Source: an uncultured cyanobacterium (GTDB lineage: Bacteria > Cyanobacteriota > Cyanobacteriia > CAKZMO01). Taken from it: a DNA stretch of 64,000 bases. The DNA is taken from contig CAVRCJ010000016.1 in assembly GCA_963719515.1 (NCBI GenBank), forward strand, positions 1-64,000. The letters are read 5' to 3'. The position numbers and the translations under genes are program-made. Every line of letters begins with the position of its first letter. Within the stretch, counting starts at the first letter, position 1. This document shows, one piece after another, positions 8,887 through 17,747 of this stretch. A model generated the notes under the pieces. That model saw only the letters and a program-made list of their open reading frames with translations. It made no database searches and was not told the DNA's origin.

Positions 8887-9040
8887 CTAAAGGCTTGTCC
8901 TGGTTTCTACAGTACAGATATTCTAGTTTGAAGGTCACCCGTTCAGCATTAGTACCGCGCCAGCGTAGTTTACAGAAGACGTCGTAAAGCCCACTCCTTT
9001 AGGGGTGGGCTATAAGGCGGCGAGCCAGAGGCGAGCAATC

Positions 9041-9439
9041 CTATCGGCTCTTCTGCTCTTTCACATATCTTCTAATCATGTCACCTGAGACATTGCCAGC
9101 AGTTGATACGAAATATGAGCGAGTCCACAGACTAGGCAATCTACGCTTTAGCTCTGGAAATTCTTTCCGCAGCGCATGAGAGGTGAAACCCTTAATTTTG
9201 TGCATCACCTGATATGGAGCAATGCGCGGGTGAGCATTTAGAAACAGATGCACATGGTCATAGTGAGTTTCTAGGGCTATGACCTCACAGTCAATCTCTT
9301 TAGCGGCTTGATAGACCAAGTCTTTCAATCGATTGTCTAGCGGACCGGTGAGCAGCTTCCGCCTACGCCTGACTATCCAGACAAAGTGATAGTTGAGCAT
9401 GGAAACAGAGGTGCTGTCTTGTCGATAATCTTGCCCCAT
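9041..9439 (-). CDS. tnpA: IS200-like Y1 (HUH) transposase
   Basis: NYHFVW, DHVHLF HUH motif, LWTRSYFVST, YVKEQ catalytic Tyr. Confidence 0.95.
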   Translation of the reverse strand: MGQDYRQDSTSVSMLNYHFVWIVRRRRKLLTGPLDNRLKDLVYQAAKEIDCEVIALETHYDHVHLFLNAHPRIAPYQVMHKIKGFTSHALRKEFPELKRRLPSLWTRSYFVSTAGNVSGDMIRRYVKEQKSR

Positions 9440-9481
9440 AGCACTGCCATAATGGTCTATGACTATGCTAACATAGACCAC

Positions 9482-10606
9482 ATGAAGACGTTGAAGTTCA
9501 AGCTATACGAGCATAAGCGGAACCGACACCTAAAGCGCACTATTAATGCTGCTGGGGTGATCTCGAACCACTGTATCGCCCTCCACAAACGGTACTACCG
9601 CATGTGGAGTAAGCACCTCAATGGCTCAAAGCTTCAGTCTCATATTGCCAAGTTGCGTAAGCGCAATCCGTTTTGGCAGCTGGTGGGGTCTCAGGCGGTG
9701 CAAGACATCTGCCAGCAAATTGAGAAGGCGTACCAATTGTTCTTTGAGTATCACGGCAAAGGCTACAGGCCGCTCAGCTTTCAGAAGGTGAGGCGATACA
9801 AGTCTTTCACCCTGAAGCAAGCGGGCTACAAGCTGTTGAATGGTGGCCGCATTAAGGTAGGGGACAGAGTCTACCAGTATTGGAATTCACGAGAGGTCGA
9901 GGGCAAGGTGAAGACCATCATGGTAAAACGCACCCCCCTAGGTGAGCTGTTTTTAACCCTTGTGGTGGACCAAGAAACCGAGCTAAGCCCTGGTGTCGAG
10001 ACGGGTAAAACCGCTGGCGCTGATTTTAGACTGAAGACGTTTCTCACTCTGTCCGATGGTGCTCAGATCAAATCCCCTGAGTTTCTGAAAGCTGCTCTGA
10101 AGGAACTGCGTTGCGCCAACCGCAACCTATCGCGCAAGCGGAAAGGTTCAGCTAATTGGCATAAGGCGCGGCTACAGCTAGCTCGCTGCCACGAGGTCAT
10201 AGCCAATCGGCGGCGGGACTGGTTCTGGAAGCTTGCCCATCAGTTGACCGACACCTACGACGCGCTCTACTTTGAGACGTTGAACCTGAAGGGAATGAAG
10301 AGGCTATGGGGCCGGAAGATATCGGACTTGGCTTTAGCTGAATTCCTCGAAATCCTTCAGTGGGTCGCGAAGAAAAAAGGCAAGCTCGTAGCGTTCATTG
10401 ACCAGTGGTATCCCAGTTCGAAGACCTGTTCATGCTGCGGGCATGTCTTAAAAGAGTTGGACCTGAAGCAGCGAGAGTGGGATTGTCCCGCCTGCGGGGC
10501 TCACCACGAGCGGGACCTAAACGCTGCAATAAATATTCAACGGGCTGGGGCGTCAACCTGTGGGCTAGATGAGGTAAGACAGTCTCAGCCTGCACTTGTT
10601 GTCTGA
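9482..10606 (+). CDS. tnpB: TnpB endonuclease
   Basis: MKTLKFKLY start, ADFRLKT (RuvC-I), FETLNL (RuvC-II), CSCC..CPAC zinc finger, RDLNAAINI. Confidence 0.92.
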   Translation: MKTLKFKLYEHKRNRHLKRTINAAGVISNHCIALHKRYYRMWSKHLNGSKLQSHIAKLRKRNPFWQLVGSQAVQDICQQIEKAYQLFFEYHGKGYRPLSFQKVRRYKSFTLKQAGYKLLNGGRIKVGDRVYQYWNSREVEGKVKTIMVKRTPLGELFLTLVVDQETELSPGVETGKTAGADFRLKTFLTLSDGAQIKSPEFLKAALKELRCANRNLSRKRKGSANWHKARLQLARCHEVIANRRRDWFWKLAHQLTDTYDALYFETLNLKGMKRLWGRKISDLALAEFLEILQWVAKKKGKLVAFIDQWYPSSKTCSCCGHVLKELDLKQREWDCPACGAHHERDLNAAINIQRAGASTCGLDEVRQSQPALVV

Positions 10607-10691
10607 CCCCAGAATCCCACGCGCTTTAGCCGTGGGAGTACGTCAAGATACTGAAAGTCTGTCCAATTAAAAGGGCACCGTCTCCCAAACT

Positions 10692-12077
10692 ATGTACAGA
10701 ACCAAACTTCACCGCTGGCAGTGGCGGGGGCGGCAGCGGCAGGGCATGATGGCCCTCATGGCCTGCTTGGCCGCACTGATGCTCGCCCTGAGCAGCCCCT
10801 CCACCGTGGCACAGGAGGGACTCCCAGCTGACGTAGCTGCCCCTGCCGCCCCTGCTGCCGCTGCAACAGGCTCCTACTTCGCCGACGTGCTGGTGCGGGG
10901 CCGACCCATTTTTCAGATCGGCGGCCTAGCCGATATTGACGCTCAGGCAAGAGCCGCCATCGTTAACCGCCGCATTACTAGCCTGCTCACCAGCACCGAC
11001 GAGCCCAGCTCAGCCACCGTTGAGCTAGGTCCAGAGGAGGCGCTGGCGACTATCCGGGTAAACAACCGGGTGCTGATGACGGTGACCCAGCAAGACGCAG
11101 ACGACTACGGCCTGGGCCTAGAGTCGCTAGCCGAGCGCTGGACGGAGGATCTAAATCAGGCTTTCGACAAGCCGCCCCTATTTGTCGACGTTGCTCAGCG
11201 ACTCAACACCACGGTACGGCAGCTCGGTCGTGACGCTGTCGATAAGCTCCCGGCCCTGCTGGGGGCGCTCGTTGTCGTGCTGCTGACCTGGGGGGCAGCT
11301 AGCCTAGTGCGCTATGCCGCCTTTACCTGGGCGCAGCAAACCGAGGGCGATCGCAGTACTGAGGTCTTGGTGGGTCGTTTGGGCTACGGAGCCGTGTGGG
11401 TGTTGGGGGCAGTGGTTGCGCTGGGGGTAATGGGGCTAGAGTTTGGGTCGCTCTTGGGAGCGTTGGGTCTCACCAGTGTGGCCATTGGTTTCAGCCTTAA
11501 AGACGTGCTCAGCAACTATATTTCAGGAGTGATTTTACTGGCGGCGCGGCCTTTTCGCTTGGGCGATCAGGTGGTGATCGATGAGTATGAGGGCACCATT
11601 ACCCAGATTCAGCTGCGGGCCACCACCATGCGCACTTATGACGGTCGCCTGGTCTACATCCCCAATCAGGAGGTATTTCAGGCCAGCATCACCAACAACA
11701 CGGCCTCCCCGCTGCGGCGCAGCTCGGTGATTGTGGGCATTGACTACGACGAAGACATCTCTGAGGCGAAGGAGGTGATTCAGCGGGGGCTCAAGGACAT
11801 TAAGGGCGTTGACCCCGATCGCCCAATAGACGTGCTAGTGAAAGAGCTCGCCGCCAGTACCGTGAACCTGGAGGTACGGTTTTGGGTAAATTCTCACCGA
11901 GGCGAATTTTTAGAAACCACCTCAAGGGTGGCCCAAGATATCAAGGAATCTCTGGAGCGGGCCGACATCAGCATGCCTACGGAAATCTACACGCTGTCGT
12001 TCCGCAACAACAATCCCATTACCCTCAACGCCATGACGCGGGCCCAGATTACTGAAGGGCAGGGCAACTCGGCGTAG
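10692..12077 (+). CDS. Small-conductance mechanosensitive channel (MscS family)
   Basis: Signal peptide, TM helices, AIGFSLKDVLSNYISG..PFRLGD..YIPN. Confidence 0.9.
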   Translation: MYRTKLHRWQWRGRQRQGMMALMACLAALMLALSSPSTVAQEGLPADVAAPAAPAAAATGSYFADVLVRGRPIFQIGGLADIDAQARAAIVNRRITSLLTSTDEPSSATVELGPEEALATIRVNNRVLMTVTQQDADDYGLGLESLAERWTEDLNQAFDKPPLFVDVAQRLNTTVRQLGRDAVDKLPALLGALVVVLLTWGAASLVRYAAFTWAQQTEGDRSTEVLVGRLGYGAVWVLGAVVALGVMGLEFGSLLGALGLTSVAIGFSLKDVLSNYISGVILLAARPFRLGDQVVIDEYEGTITQIQLRATTMRTYDGRLVYIPNQEVFQASITNNTASPLRRSSVIVGIDYDEDISEAKEVIQRGLKDIKGVDPDRPIDVLVKELAASTVNLEVRFWVNSHRGEFLETTSRVAQDIKESLERADISMPTEIYTLSFRNNNPITLNAMTRAQITEGQGNSA

Positions 12078-12172
12078 GATCGAAGCAGGCGTTACGGACA
12101 GATCTTGCTCAAACTTAGATAATTAAAGCAGCACGGGTCAACAGACATCAACCTATTCGGTGGATATGGCTT

Positions 12173-12535
12173 ATGGAATTGACGAGCACAGACCGCGCTG
12201 CCATTCACTCGGTGATCGAGCAGCAGATTCAAGCATTTCGCCGAGCTGACGCCGAGGCTGCATTTGGATTGGCGAGTTTGGGAATTCGGCAGCAGTTTGA
12301 GAGCGCCCAAGCCTTCATTAACATGGTGAAAACCTCCTACGATCCGCTGTATCGATCGCGGTCGGTAATCTTCGAAGACATCGGTACCGTTGAGGGGCAA
12401 CTTGCCCAGCAGCTGCTGGTGATGGGGGCAGATGGGGCGCTATACCGGGCTTATTACCTGATGCAGCGCCAGTCTAGCCCAACCTGGCGTATCAATGGCT
12501 GCTACCTAACGCGCATGAAGGAGCCTAAGCGTTAA
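12173..12535 (+). CDS. DUF4864-like protein
   Basis: VIEQQIQAFRRADAEAAF..F.NMVK..Y..WRINGC pattern. Confidence 0.75.
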   Translation: MELTSTDRAAIHSVIEQQIQAFRRADAEAAFGLASLGIRQQFESAQAFINMVKTSYDPLYRSRSVIFEDIGTVEGQLAQQLLVMGADGALYRAYYLMQRQSSPTWRINGCYLTRMKEPKR

Positions 12536-13049
12536 TCGAGCCCCTTCGCCGCCGGTAGCTCTCGTAGCGGAACCCGAGCTGCTGCTGTCGGTAGCGCTGC
12601 TGAAAACACTGGTCTAGCAAAGATCGGTAGGGGGGAAAGAAGGCATCTCCTTCGTACTGACCTTCCACCAGGGTCAGCTCCAGCCGGTCGGCAAGGCGCA
12701 GGCTTTGGGCGTAGACTGTGGCCCCGCCGATGATAAAAATCTGGGGGGTACGGGCTTCCTGTAGGGCAGCCTGTAGGGTAGATACAATATCTAGCCGGGT
12801 TTGAGGCGCGACGACCTCCGATCGCGGCGGCAAACTGTGGGACAGCACGATATTATGGCGCTGTGGCAGGGCGCTGGGGAGCTGGCTGGGTAGGCTCTGC
12901 CAGGTTCGCCGACCCATGACGACCGTATGGCCGAGGGTGAGCCGCTTAAAACGCTTGAGGTCTGCTGGCAGGTCCCAAGGTAGGCGATCGCCTTTGCCAA
13001 TAGCGCGATTTGTCTCGGCGAGGGCCGCGATCACCACCACTTCAGCCAT
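12525..13049 (-). CDS. folA: Dihydrofolate reductase
   Basis: IGKGDRLPWDLPADLKRFK, MGRRTW, IIGGATVY, GDAFFP. Confidence 0.92.
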   Translation of the reverse strand: MAEVVVIAALAETNRAIGKGDRLPWDLPADLKRFKRLTLGHTVVMGRRTWQSLPSQLPSALPQRHNIVLSHSLPPRSEVVAPQTRLDIVSTLQAALQEARTPQIFIIGGATVYAQSLRLADRLELTLVEGQYEGDAFFPPYRSLLDQCFQQRYRQQQLGFRYESYRRRRGSINA

Positions 13050-13065
13050 TGACTGCGCCTCTATC

Positions 13066-13755
13066 CTACGCTGCCCTTAGCTCATCGTACTTTTGCCGCA
13101 CCGTCTGAATATCCTGCCACATGAGCCACTTAGGGCTGCCCTTTTCCTTCGACTGGTTGCGCAGCAGGTAAGCGGGGTGGAAGATCGGCATGCACAGCCG
13201 CCCGTCCCACTCGATCCACTGGCCCCGAATTTTAGTGATTCCTCGTTTATCGCCAATCAAGCCCTTCACCGAAGAGGCCCCGGTGAGCAAGATAATCTTT
13301 GGGTCCACCAGCCGAATCTGCTCCAGCAAGTAGGGGCGGCAGGCGTCCATTTCCTGGGTAGAGGGGGCGCGGTTGTCCGGGGGACGGCATTTAACGATGT
13401 TGCAGATGTAGACGTCCGCCTCGCTACTCAGCTTCACCGAGGCCAAAATTTTCTCCAGCAGCTGCCCGGACCGACCCACAAACGGCAGGCCTGTCTCATC
13501 CTCGTTTTGCCCGGGCCCTTCTCCCACAATCATGATGTCGGCATTGGGGTTGCCCCTACCAACTACGGCGTGGGTACGGCCCGCCGCCAGGCCGCACCTC
13601 TGACAAGTATTACAGTGGGTCACCATCAGATCTAGAGCGTCGTAGGTGCCTGGAGGAATGGGGATGCTAGCGCTAGTGGGCACTAGATCGGGGTCGATAT
13701 CTTCGGCAGCTGGCACGGAGGCCACGTTGAACAGATCAATCTGCTGGTCACTCAT
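13066..13755 (-). CDS. Uracil-DNA glycosylase family 4 (Fe-S)
   Basis: CQRC, GEGPG, KCRPP, HPAYLLR. Confidence 0.93.
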   Translation of the reverse strand: MSDQQIDLFNVASVPAAEDIDPDLVPTSASIPIPPGTYDALDLMVTHCNTCQRCGLAAGRTHAVVGRGNPNADIMIVGEGPGQNEDETGLPFVGRSGQLLEKILASVKLSSEADVYICNIVKCRPPDNRAPSTQEMDACRPYLLEQIRLVDPKIILLTGASSVKGLIGDKRGITKIRGQWIEWDGRLCMPIFHPAYLLRNQSKEKGSPKWLMWQDIQTVRQKYDELRAA

Positions 13756-13876
13756 AGCTTAGAAAGGGAAAATGCCGGTGGCACTAGAGGGCCACAAGCT
13801 TAATGGATGCCAGTGTAGTGGATTACGATAGGTTTTTCCTAGCGGCTTTGGGTAGGTCTAGTACAATTTGGAGACA

Positions 13877-14713
13877 ATGCGCTGTCGAATACCTTGGCAA
13901 CGCAGATCGGCAAAACAACCCCTTATGCATCTAGACTGGCCCACGCGCCTCAAATACAGTCTGGACGATGTCGATTCGTCAGTAGGCCGAGTTCTCAATT
14001 TGGCCATTGCCGTACTAGTGCTGCTCTCCTGTGCCATCTACGTGGCCGAGACATACCCCATTAGCACGGAACTGCACAGCCGCCTGCGGCTGCTCGATAC
14101 CGGCATTTTAGTGATCTTTTTTGTAGAGTATGTCGTCCGCTTTTGGCTTGCCAAACGCAAGCTACGCTACATCGTCAGCCCTTATTCCCTTGTCGATTTG
14201 GTGGCGATCGTCCCTTTCTTCCTGGGCCTGCTCGACGTCAGCATCGTGCTGGTGTTTAGATGGTTCCGCGTCCTGCGACTGCTGCGGCTGGTGGAGGGAA
14301 GCCGGTTCGGAGCCTTTAACTCCGAAGATGTTTCCAAGTTCGCCCGCATCTTAATGACGCTGTTCACGATTGTGTTTGTCTATTCTGGGCTGATCTACCA
14401 GGTTGAGCACCCCACCAACCCCCAGGGATTTGGCACCCTGCTAGACGCCCTTTACTTTGCGGTCGCTACCATGACTACCGTCGGCTTTGGCGACATCACC
14501 CCTACCTCAGAACTAGGGCGGCTGCTGACCATCTTGATGATCTGGACCGGCATCATTTTTATTCCCTGGCAGATAGGAGACTTGGTCACCCACGCTCTCA
14601 AGACGCTGCAGCGGGTGGAGCGCCCCTGCGACAGCTGTGGGACGGATTACCACGACGGGGATGCCCGCTTTTGCCGGGTGTGCGGGGATACGCTGCCCGA
14701 TGAGCTGAGCTGA
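13877..14713 (+). CDS. Voltage-gated potassium channel / ion transporter with C-terminal zinc ribbon
   Basis: S4 RWFRVLRLLR, selectivity filter TTVGFGD, CDSC..CRVC; start uncertain. Confidence 0.88.
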   Translation: MRCRIPWQRRSAKQPLMHLDWPTRLKYSLDDVDSSVGRVLNLAIAVLVLLSCAIYVAETYPISTELHSRLRLLDTGILVIFFVEYVVRFWLAKRKLRYIVSPYSLVDLVAIVPFFLGLLDVSIVLVFRWFRVLRLLRLVEGSRFGAFNSEDVSKFARILMTLFTIVFVYSGLIYQVEHPTNPQGFGTLLDALYFAVATMTTVGFGDITPTSELGRLLTILMIWTGIIFIPWQIGDLVTHALKTLQRVERPCDSCGTDYHDGDARFCRVCGDTLPDELS

Positions 14714-14780
14714 GGTAGGGTTTGTCAGGACGAGCGTACTATACTGTAAGGCAGTTGCCGTCTGAAGCTGGGGTTTGACC

Positions 14781-15905
14781 ATGGCTATTATTTCTTCCAA
14801 GGAGCCAGCCGATGAGGGACCGCGATCGCGATCCTCGCCAGCTCCCTTCACCCCACCCGGCAGGGTCAGTGAGCCCCCAAAAACGCCATCGACGCTGCTA
14901 CAGCCCGAAAAGCGACAGGATGAAGGGGGGCCCCCAGAAGACGGCCTGCGGCCCCAGCGGCTGGGAGATTACATCGGCCAGTCGGCCCTTAAAGAAGTTT
15001 TGGACATTGCCATTCGGGCCGCTCAGGGGCGCGGTGAGCCGCTGGATCATCTGCTGCTCTACGGCCCGCCAGGACTTGGAAAAACCACAATGGCGCTGAT
15101 CTTGGCCCAGGAAATGGGGGTAGCCTGCAAGATTACCACGGCCCCGGCTCTAGAGCGGCCTCGGGATATTGCCGGTCTCCTGGTGAACCTCAAGCCTGGA
15201 GACGTGCTGTTTATCGATGAGATTCACCGTCTGCCGCGGATGACGGAGGAAATCCTCTACCCCGCCATGGAGGACTTCCGCCTAGATATCACCATCGGCA
15301 AGGGCCAAAGCGCCCGTATCCGCAGCCTGCCGCTGCAGCGCTTTACCCTGGTGGGGGCGACGACACGGGTAGGGGCGCTCACCTCCCCCCTGCGCGATCG
15401 CTTCGGGCTGGTGCAGCGGCTGCGGTTTTACGACCTAGAAGAGCTGACCCAAATTGTGCAGCGGACGGCAACTATTCTAGAGACCCCCGTGACCGCCGAG
15501 GGCGCAGCGGAGATTGGCCGCCGAGCGCGGGGCACCCCCCGAATCGCCAACCGGCTGCTGAAGCGGGTGCGGGACTACGCCCAGGTGAAGAAATCAGGGA
15601 TGGTGACGCAGCCAGTAGCGGCGGAGGCGCTGGAGCTGTTCAACGTCGATCCGGTGGGCCTAGACTGGACCGACCGGCGCATGCTAACGGTGATGATAGA
15701 GAATTTTGGCGGCGGGCCGGTGGGCCTAGACACCCTAGCAGCAGCAACGGGAGAAGACGCCCAGACCATCGAAGAAGTCTACGAGCCTTACCTAATGCAG
15801 ATTGGCTACCTGCAGCGCACCCCGCGAGGCCGCATTGCTGCGCCTTCTGCCTGGCAGCATCTGGGCTATCGCCCGCCCGATACTCAGCTGCCTTTGCTCT
15901 CGTGA
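14781..15905 (+). CDS. ruvB: Holliday junction branch migration helicase RuvB
   Basis: [39 protein letters not shown]. Confidence 0.97.
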   Translation: MAIISSKEPADEGPRSRSSPAPFTPPGRVSEPPKTPSTLLQPEKRQDEGGPPEDGLRPQRLGDYIGQSALKEVLDIAIRAAQGRGEPLDHLLLYGPPGLGKTTMALILAQEMGVACKITTAPALERPRDIAGLLVNLKPGDVLFIDEIHRLPRMTEEILYPAMEDFRLDITIGKGQSARIRSLPLQRFTLVGATTRVGALTSPLRDRFGLVQRLRFYDLEELTQIVQRTATILETPVTAEGAAEIGRRARGTPRIANRLLKRVRDYAQVKKSGMVTQPVAAEALELFNVDPVGLDWTDRRMLTVMIENFGGGPVGLDTLAAATGEDAQTIEEVYEPYLMQIGYLQRTPRGRIAAPSAWQHLGYRPPDTQLPLLS

Positions 15906-15931
15906 AGGGCAGGCTGTCTTAAACTGTTCTT

Positions 15932-16756
15932 ATGAGAGTGCTACTGGTTTGGATTTTATCGCTGACCCTGCTGACGGGCTGGACGCTGCCCGCCTACAGC
16001 CTGCCCACCTACAGCCTGTCCGCCTACAGCCCGCCCGCTGACCTGCAGACGCCCCAGCAGCTCGAAGCCATCAAGGAGAAGGCGTTTGCCGCGTCGCAAG
16101 CGGGCCAGTTTGAGGCGGCAGAAGGCTACTGGTCCCAGCTTCTAGAGGCCTTTCCCACCAGCGCCCCCCTATGGAGCAACCGCGGCAACATCCGCGTCAG
16201 CCAAAATCGGCTCGAGGACGCGATCGCTGACTACGATCGCTCAGTGGAGCTGGCTCCCAATAGCCCCGATCCCTATATGAACCGGGGCGCGGCCCTAGAA
16301 GGGCTGGGCCGGTGGCAGGAGGCCATAGCCGACTACAACCAGGCGCTGCAGCTTGAGCCCGACAGCGCTGCCCTTTACAACAACCGAGGTAATGCCAAGG
16401 GCGGCCAGGGCGACTGGGCGGGGGCTATAGCCGACTATCAGCGGGCCACTGAGCTGCTGCCCAATTTTGCTTTAGCCAGGGTCAATACGGCCCTAGCGCT
16501 CTACCAAACGGGAGAAGGTGAGCAGTCGATCAGCCGGCTGCGGGGTTTGGTGCGAAAGTATCCTCGATTTGCGGACGTGCGGGCGGCGCTAACGGCGGTG
16601 CTGTGGGCGACGGGGCGGCAGGGCGAGGCGGAGAGCAACTGGTATGCCGTCATGGGGCTAGACACCCGCTACAAGGATATCGCTTGGGTGCGGCAGATTC
16701 GCCGCTGGCCCCCCGCCGTTGCCGATGCCCTCAACGAGTTTTTGACCCTCTCTTAG
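15932..16756 (+). CDS. Tetratricopeptide repeat protein
   Basis: Repeated NRG..AIADY motifs after a signal peptide. Confidence 0.9.
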   Translation: MRVLLVWILSLTLLTGWTLPAYSLPTYSLSAYSPPADLQTPQQLEAIKEKAFAASQAGQFEAAEGYWSQLLEAFPTSAPLWSNRGNIRVSQNRLEDAIADYDRSVELAPNSPDPYMNRGAALEGLGRWQEAIADYNQALQLEPDSAALYNNRGNAKGGQGDWAGAIADYQRATELLPNFALARVNTALALYQTGEGEQSISRLRGLVRKYPRFADVRAALTAVLWATGRQGEAESNWYAVMGLDTRYKDIAWVRQIRRWPPAVADALNEFLTLS

Positions 16757-16859
16757 CGGCAGCTGGGAGGGACGGTACTAAGAGCTGCTGGAGCGCTAGA
16801 CCTGAGCTGAGGCTGTTTGGAAGAAATTTACTGTACTTTCCCAAGTCTGGGACAAATTC

Positions 16860-16887
16860 CCCGGATGACACGGCCGCGCCTGGAAGA
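16860..16887 (+). promoter_or_regulatory. DIF1-like promoter, copy 1 (CCCGGA-N16-GGA)
   Basis: One mismatch to TCCGGA, 34 nt upstream of the putative sRNA 5' end. Confidence 0.5.
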
Positions 16888-16893
16888 TTGATA

Positions 16894-16940
16894 TGGTAGA
16901 TGCACCCTGATTAAACCCTGGCTCCGGCTAGGGTTTTTTT
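16894..16940 (+). ncRNA. nsiR1: NsiR1-like small RNA, copy 1
   Basis: Starts TGGTAGATGCACCCTGAT (matches the NsiR1 5' end as I recall it); ends in hairpin CCCTGGC-tccg-GCTAGGG plus T7. Confidence 0.65.
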
Positions 16941-16998
16941 GTTTTCTGCCCCAGCCCCAGTCGCTTTTCAATATTGGCCCAGTAAAAGATTGCTCCTT

Positions 16999-17026
16999 TC
17001 CGGATGACACGGCCGCGCCTGGAAGA
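16999..17026 (+). promoter_or_regulatory. DIF1-like promoter, copy 2 (TCCGGA-N16-GGA)
   Basis: Perfect TCCGGA at about -35 relative to 17033. Confidence 0.6.
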
Positions 17027-17032
17027 TTGATA

Positions 17033-17079
17033 TGGTAGATGCACCCTGATTAAACCCTGGCTCCGGCTAGGGTTTTTTT
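17033..17079 (+). ncRNA. nsiR1: NsiR1-like small RNA, copy 2
   Basis: Identical to copy 1; direct repeat with 139-bp period. Confidence 0.65.
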
Positions 17080-17132
17080 GTTTACCCCAGCCCTTTTATG
17101 GAAGACCCATCACGGCCCGTCGCCGGCCCCTG

Positions 17133-17732
17133 CTAATCACCGGTGCGCTGCTGTGCAAAGCCGGTCGCCTTCCACAAACAGCCCGATAAAATATTGGTCG
17201 TCGCGTGGGCCGCTAGGGGCACTAGCAAACTCCCGGTGGCGATCGCACTCCCTCCCAAAGCGGCCCCCACAACGCTGGCCCACACCACGTAAGGCCACTG
17301 CTCCCTGCCGCTAAAGTGCATTGCCCCAAAACACAGACTCGACAGCCCCACACCCACCCAGTCCAGGCCAAACGCCGGCAGCATTAGACCACGGAACAGC
17401 AGCTCTTCACTGGCTCCCGGCAGCAGCCCCAGCCAAATCAAGTCTGGCCAGATGAGGGGCCGCAGTATCATCGTCACGTAGCGTTCAGCGCTGTCTCTGT
17501 AGGCGGGCCACAGACGATAGACCCCGCCGCTGCTCAGGGTGAGGGCAACCCCAAGGGCAACCCCAAGACCTAAGTGCGACCAGCTCCAAGCAAGGGGCAG
17601 CATCACCGGAGCTCCCACCAGCCGCCAAACCTGAATCACTAGCAGCAAAATGAGTGCCGTAATCCCCATCGCTGTCAGCACTTGGACACGGGTAAGATGA
17701 ACGTCGGGGTCAGGCTGAGCGGACTGGTTCAT
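17133..17732 (-). CDS. CPBP (Abi/CAAX) intramembrane metalloprotease
   Basis: EELLFRG, FGAMH, HATTN motifs. Confidence 0.9.
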   Translation of the reverse strand: MNQSAQPDPDVHLTRVQVLTAMGITALILLLVIQVWRLVGAPVMLPLAWSWSHLGLGVALGVALTLSSGGVYRLWPAYRDSAERYVTMILRPLIWPDLIWLGLLPGASEELLFRGLMLPAFGLDWVGVGLSSLCFGAMHFSGREQWPYVVWASVVGAALGGSAIATGSLLVPLAAHATTNILSGCLWKATGFAQQRTGD

Positions 17733-17747
17733 GGGGATACGGTGGGG

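Larger units (their letters stand above)
8974..10646 (+). mobile_element. IS200/IS605 element with divergent tnpA and tnpB (IS608-type ends)
   Basis: TTAC target (8970-8973), AAAG-CCCACTCC/GGGGTGGG left hairpin, GAAT-CCCACG/CGTGGG right hairpin ending in TCAA. Confidence 0.88.

Noticed and set aside
8654..8890. 78-aa ORF MSQIHLQTEERV.. repeated at 25910 and 40573
   Set aside because: GTG-start ORF antisense to the element, running through its left-end hairpin; conservation is explained by the repeat itself.
15985..16035. Short 15-18-bp in-frame duplications (also ~17760-17820, ~20880-20915, ~23923-23958)
   Set aside because: Ordinary slippage in low-complexity protein termini or linkers.
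16865..16891. Micro-ORF MTRPRLED in the repeat
   Set aside because: Overlaps the promoter spacer, has no RBS and no PatS-like RGSGR motif.
16860..17083. Possible mini-CRISPR array
   Set aside because: Only two ~84-bp repeats, each with promoter and terminator, and no cas genes; fits duplicated sRNA genes.
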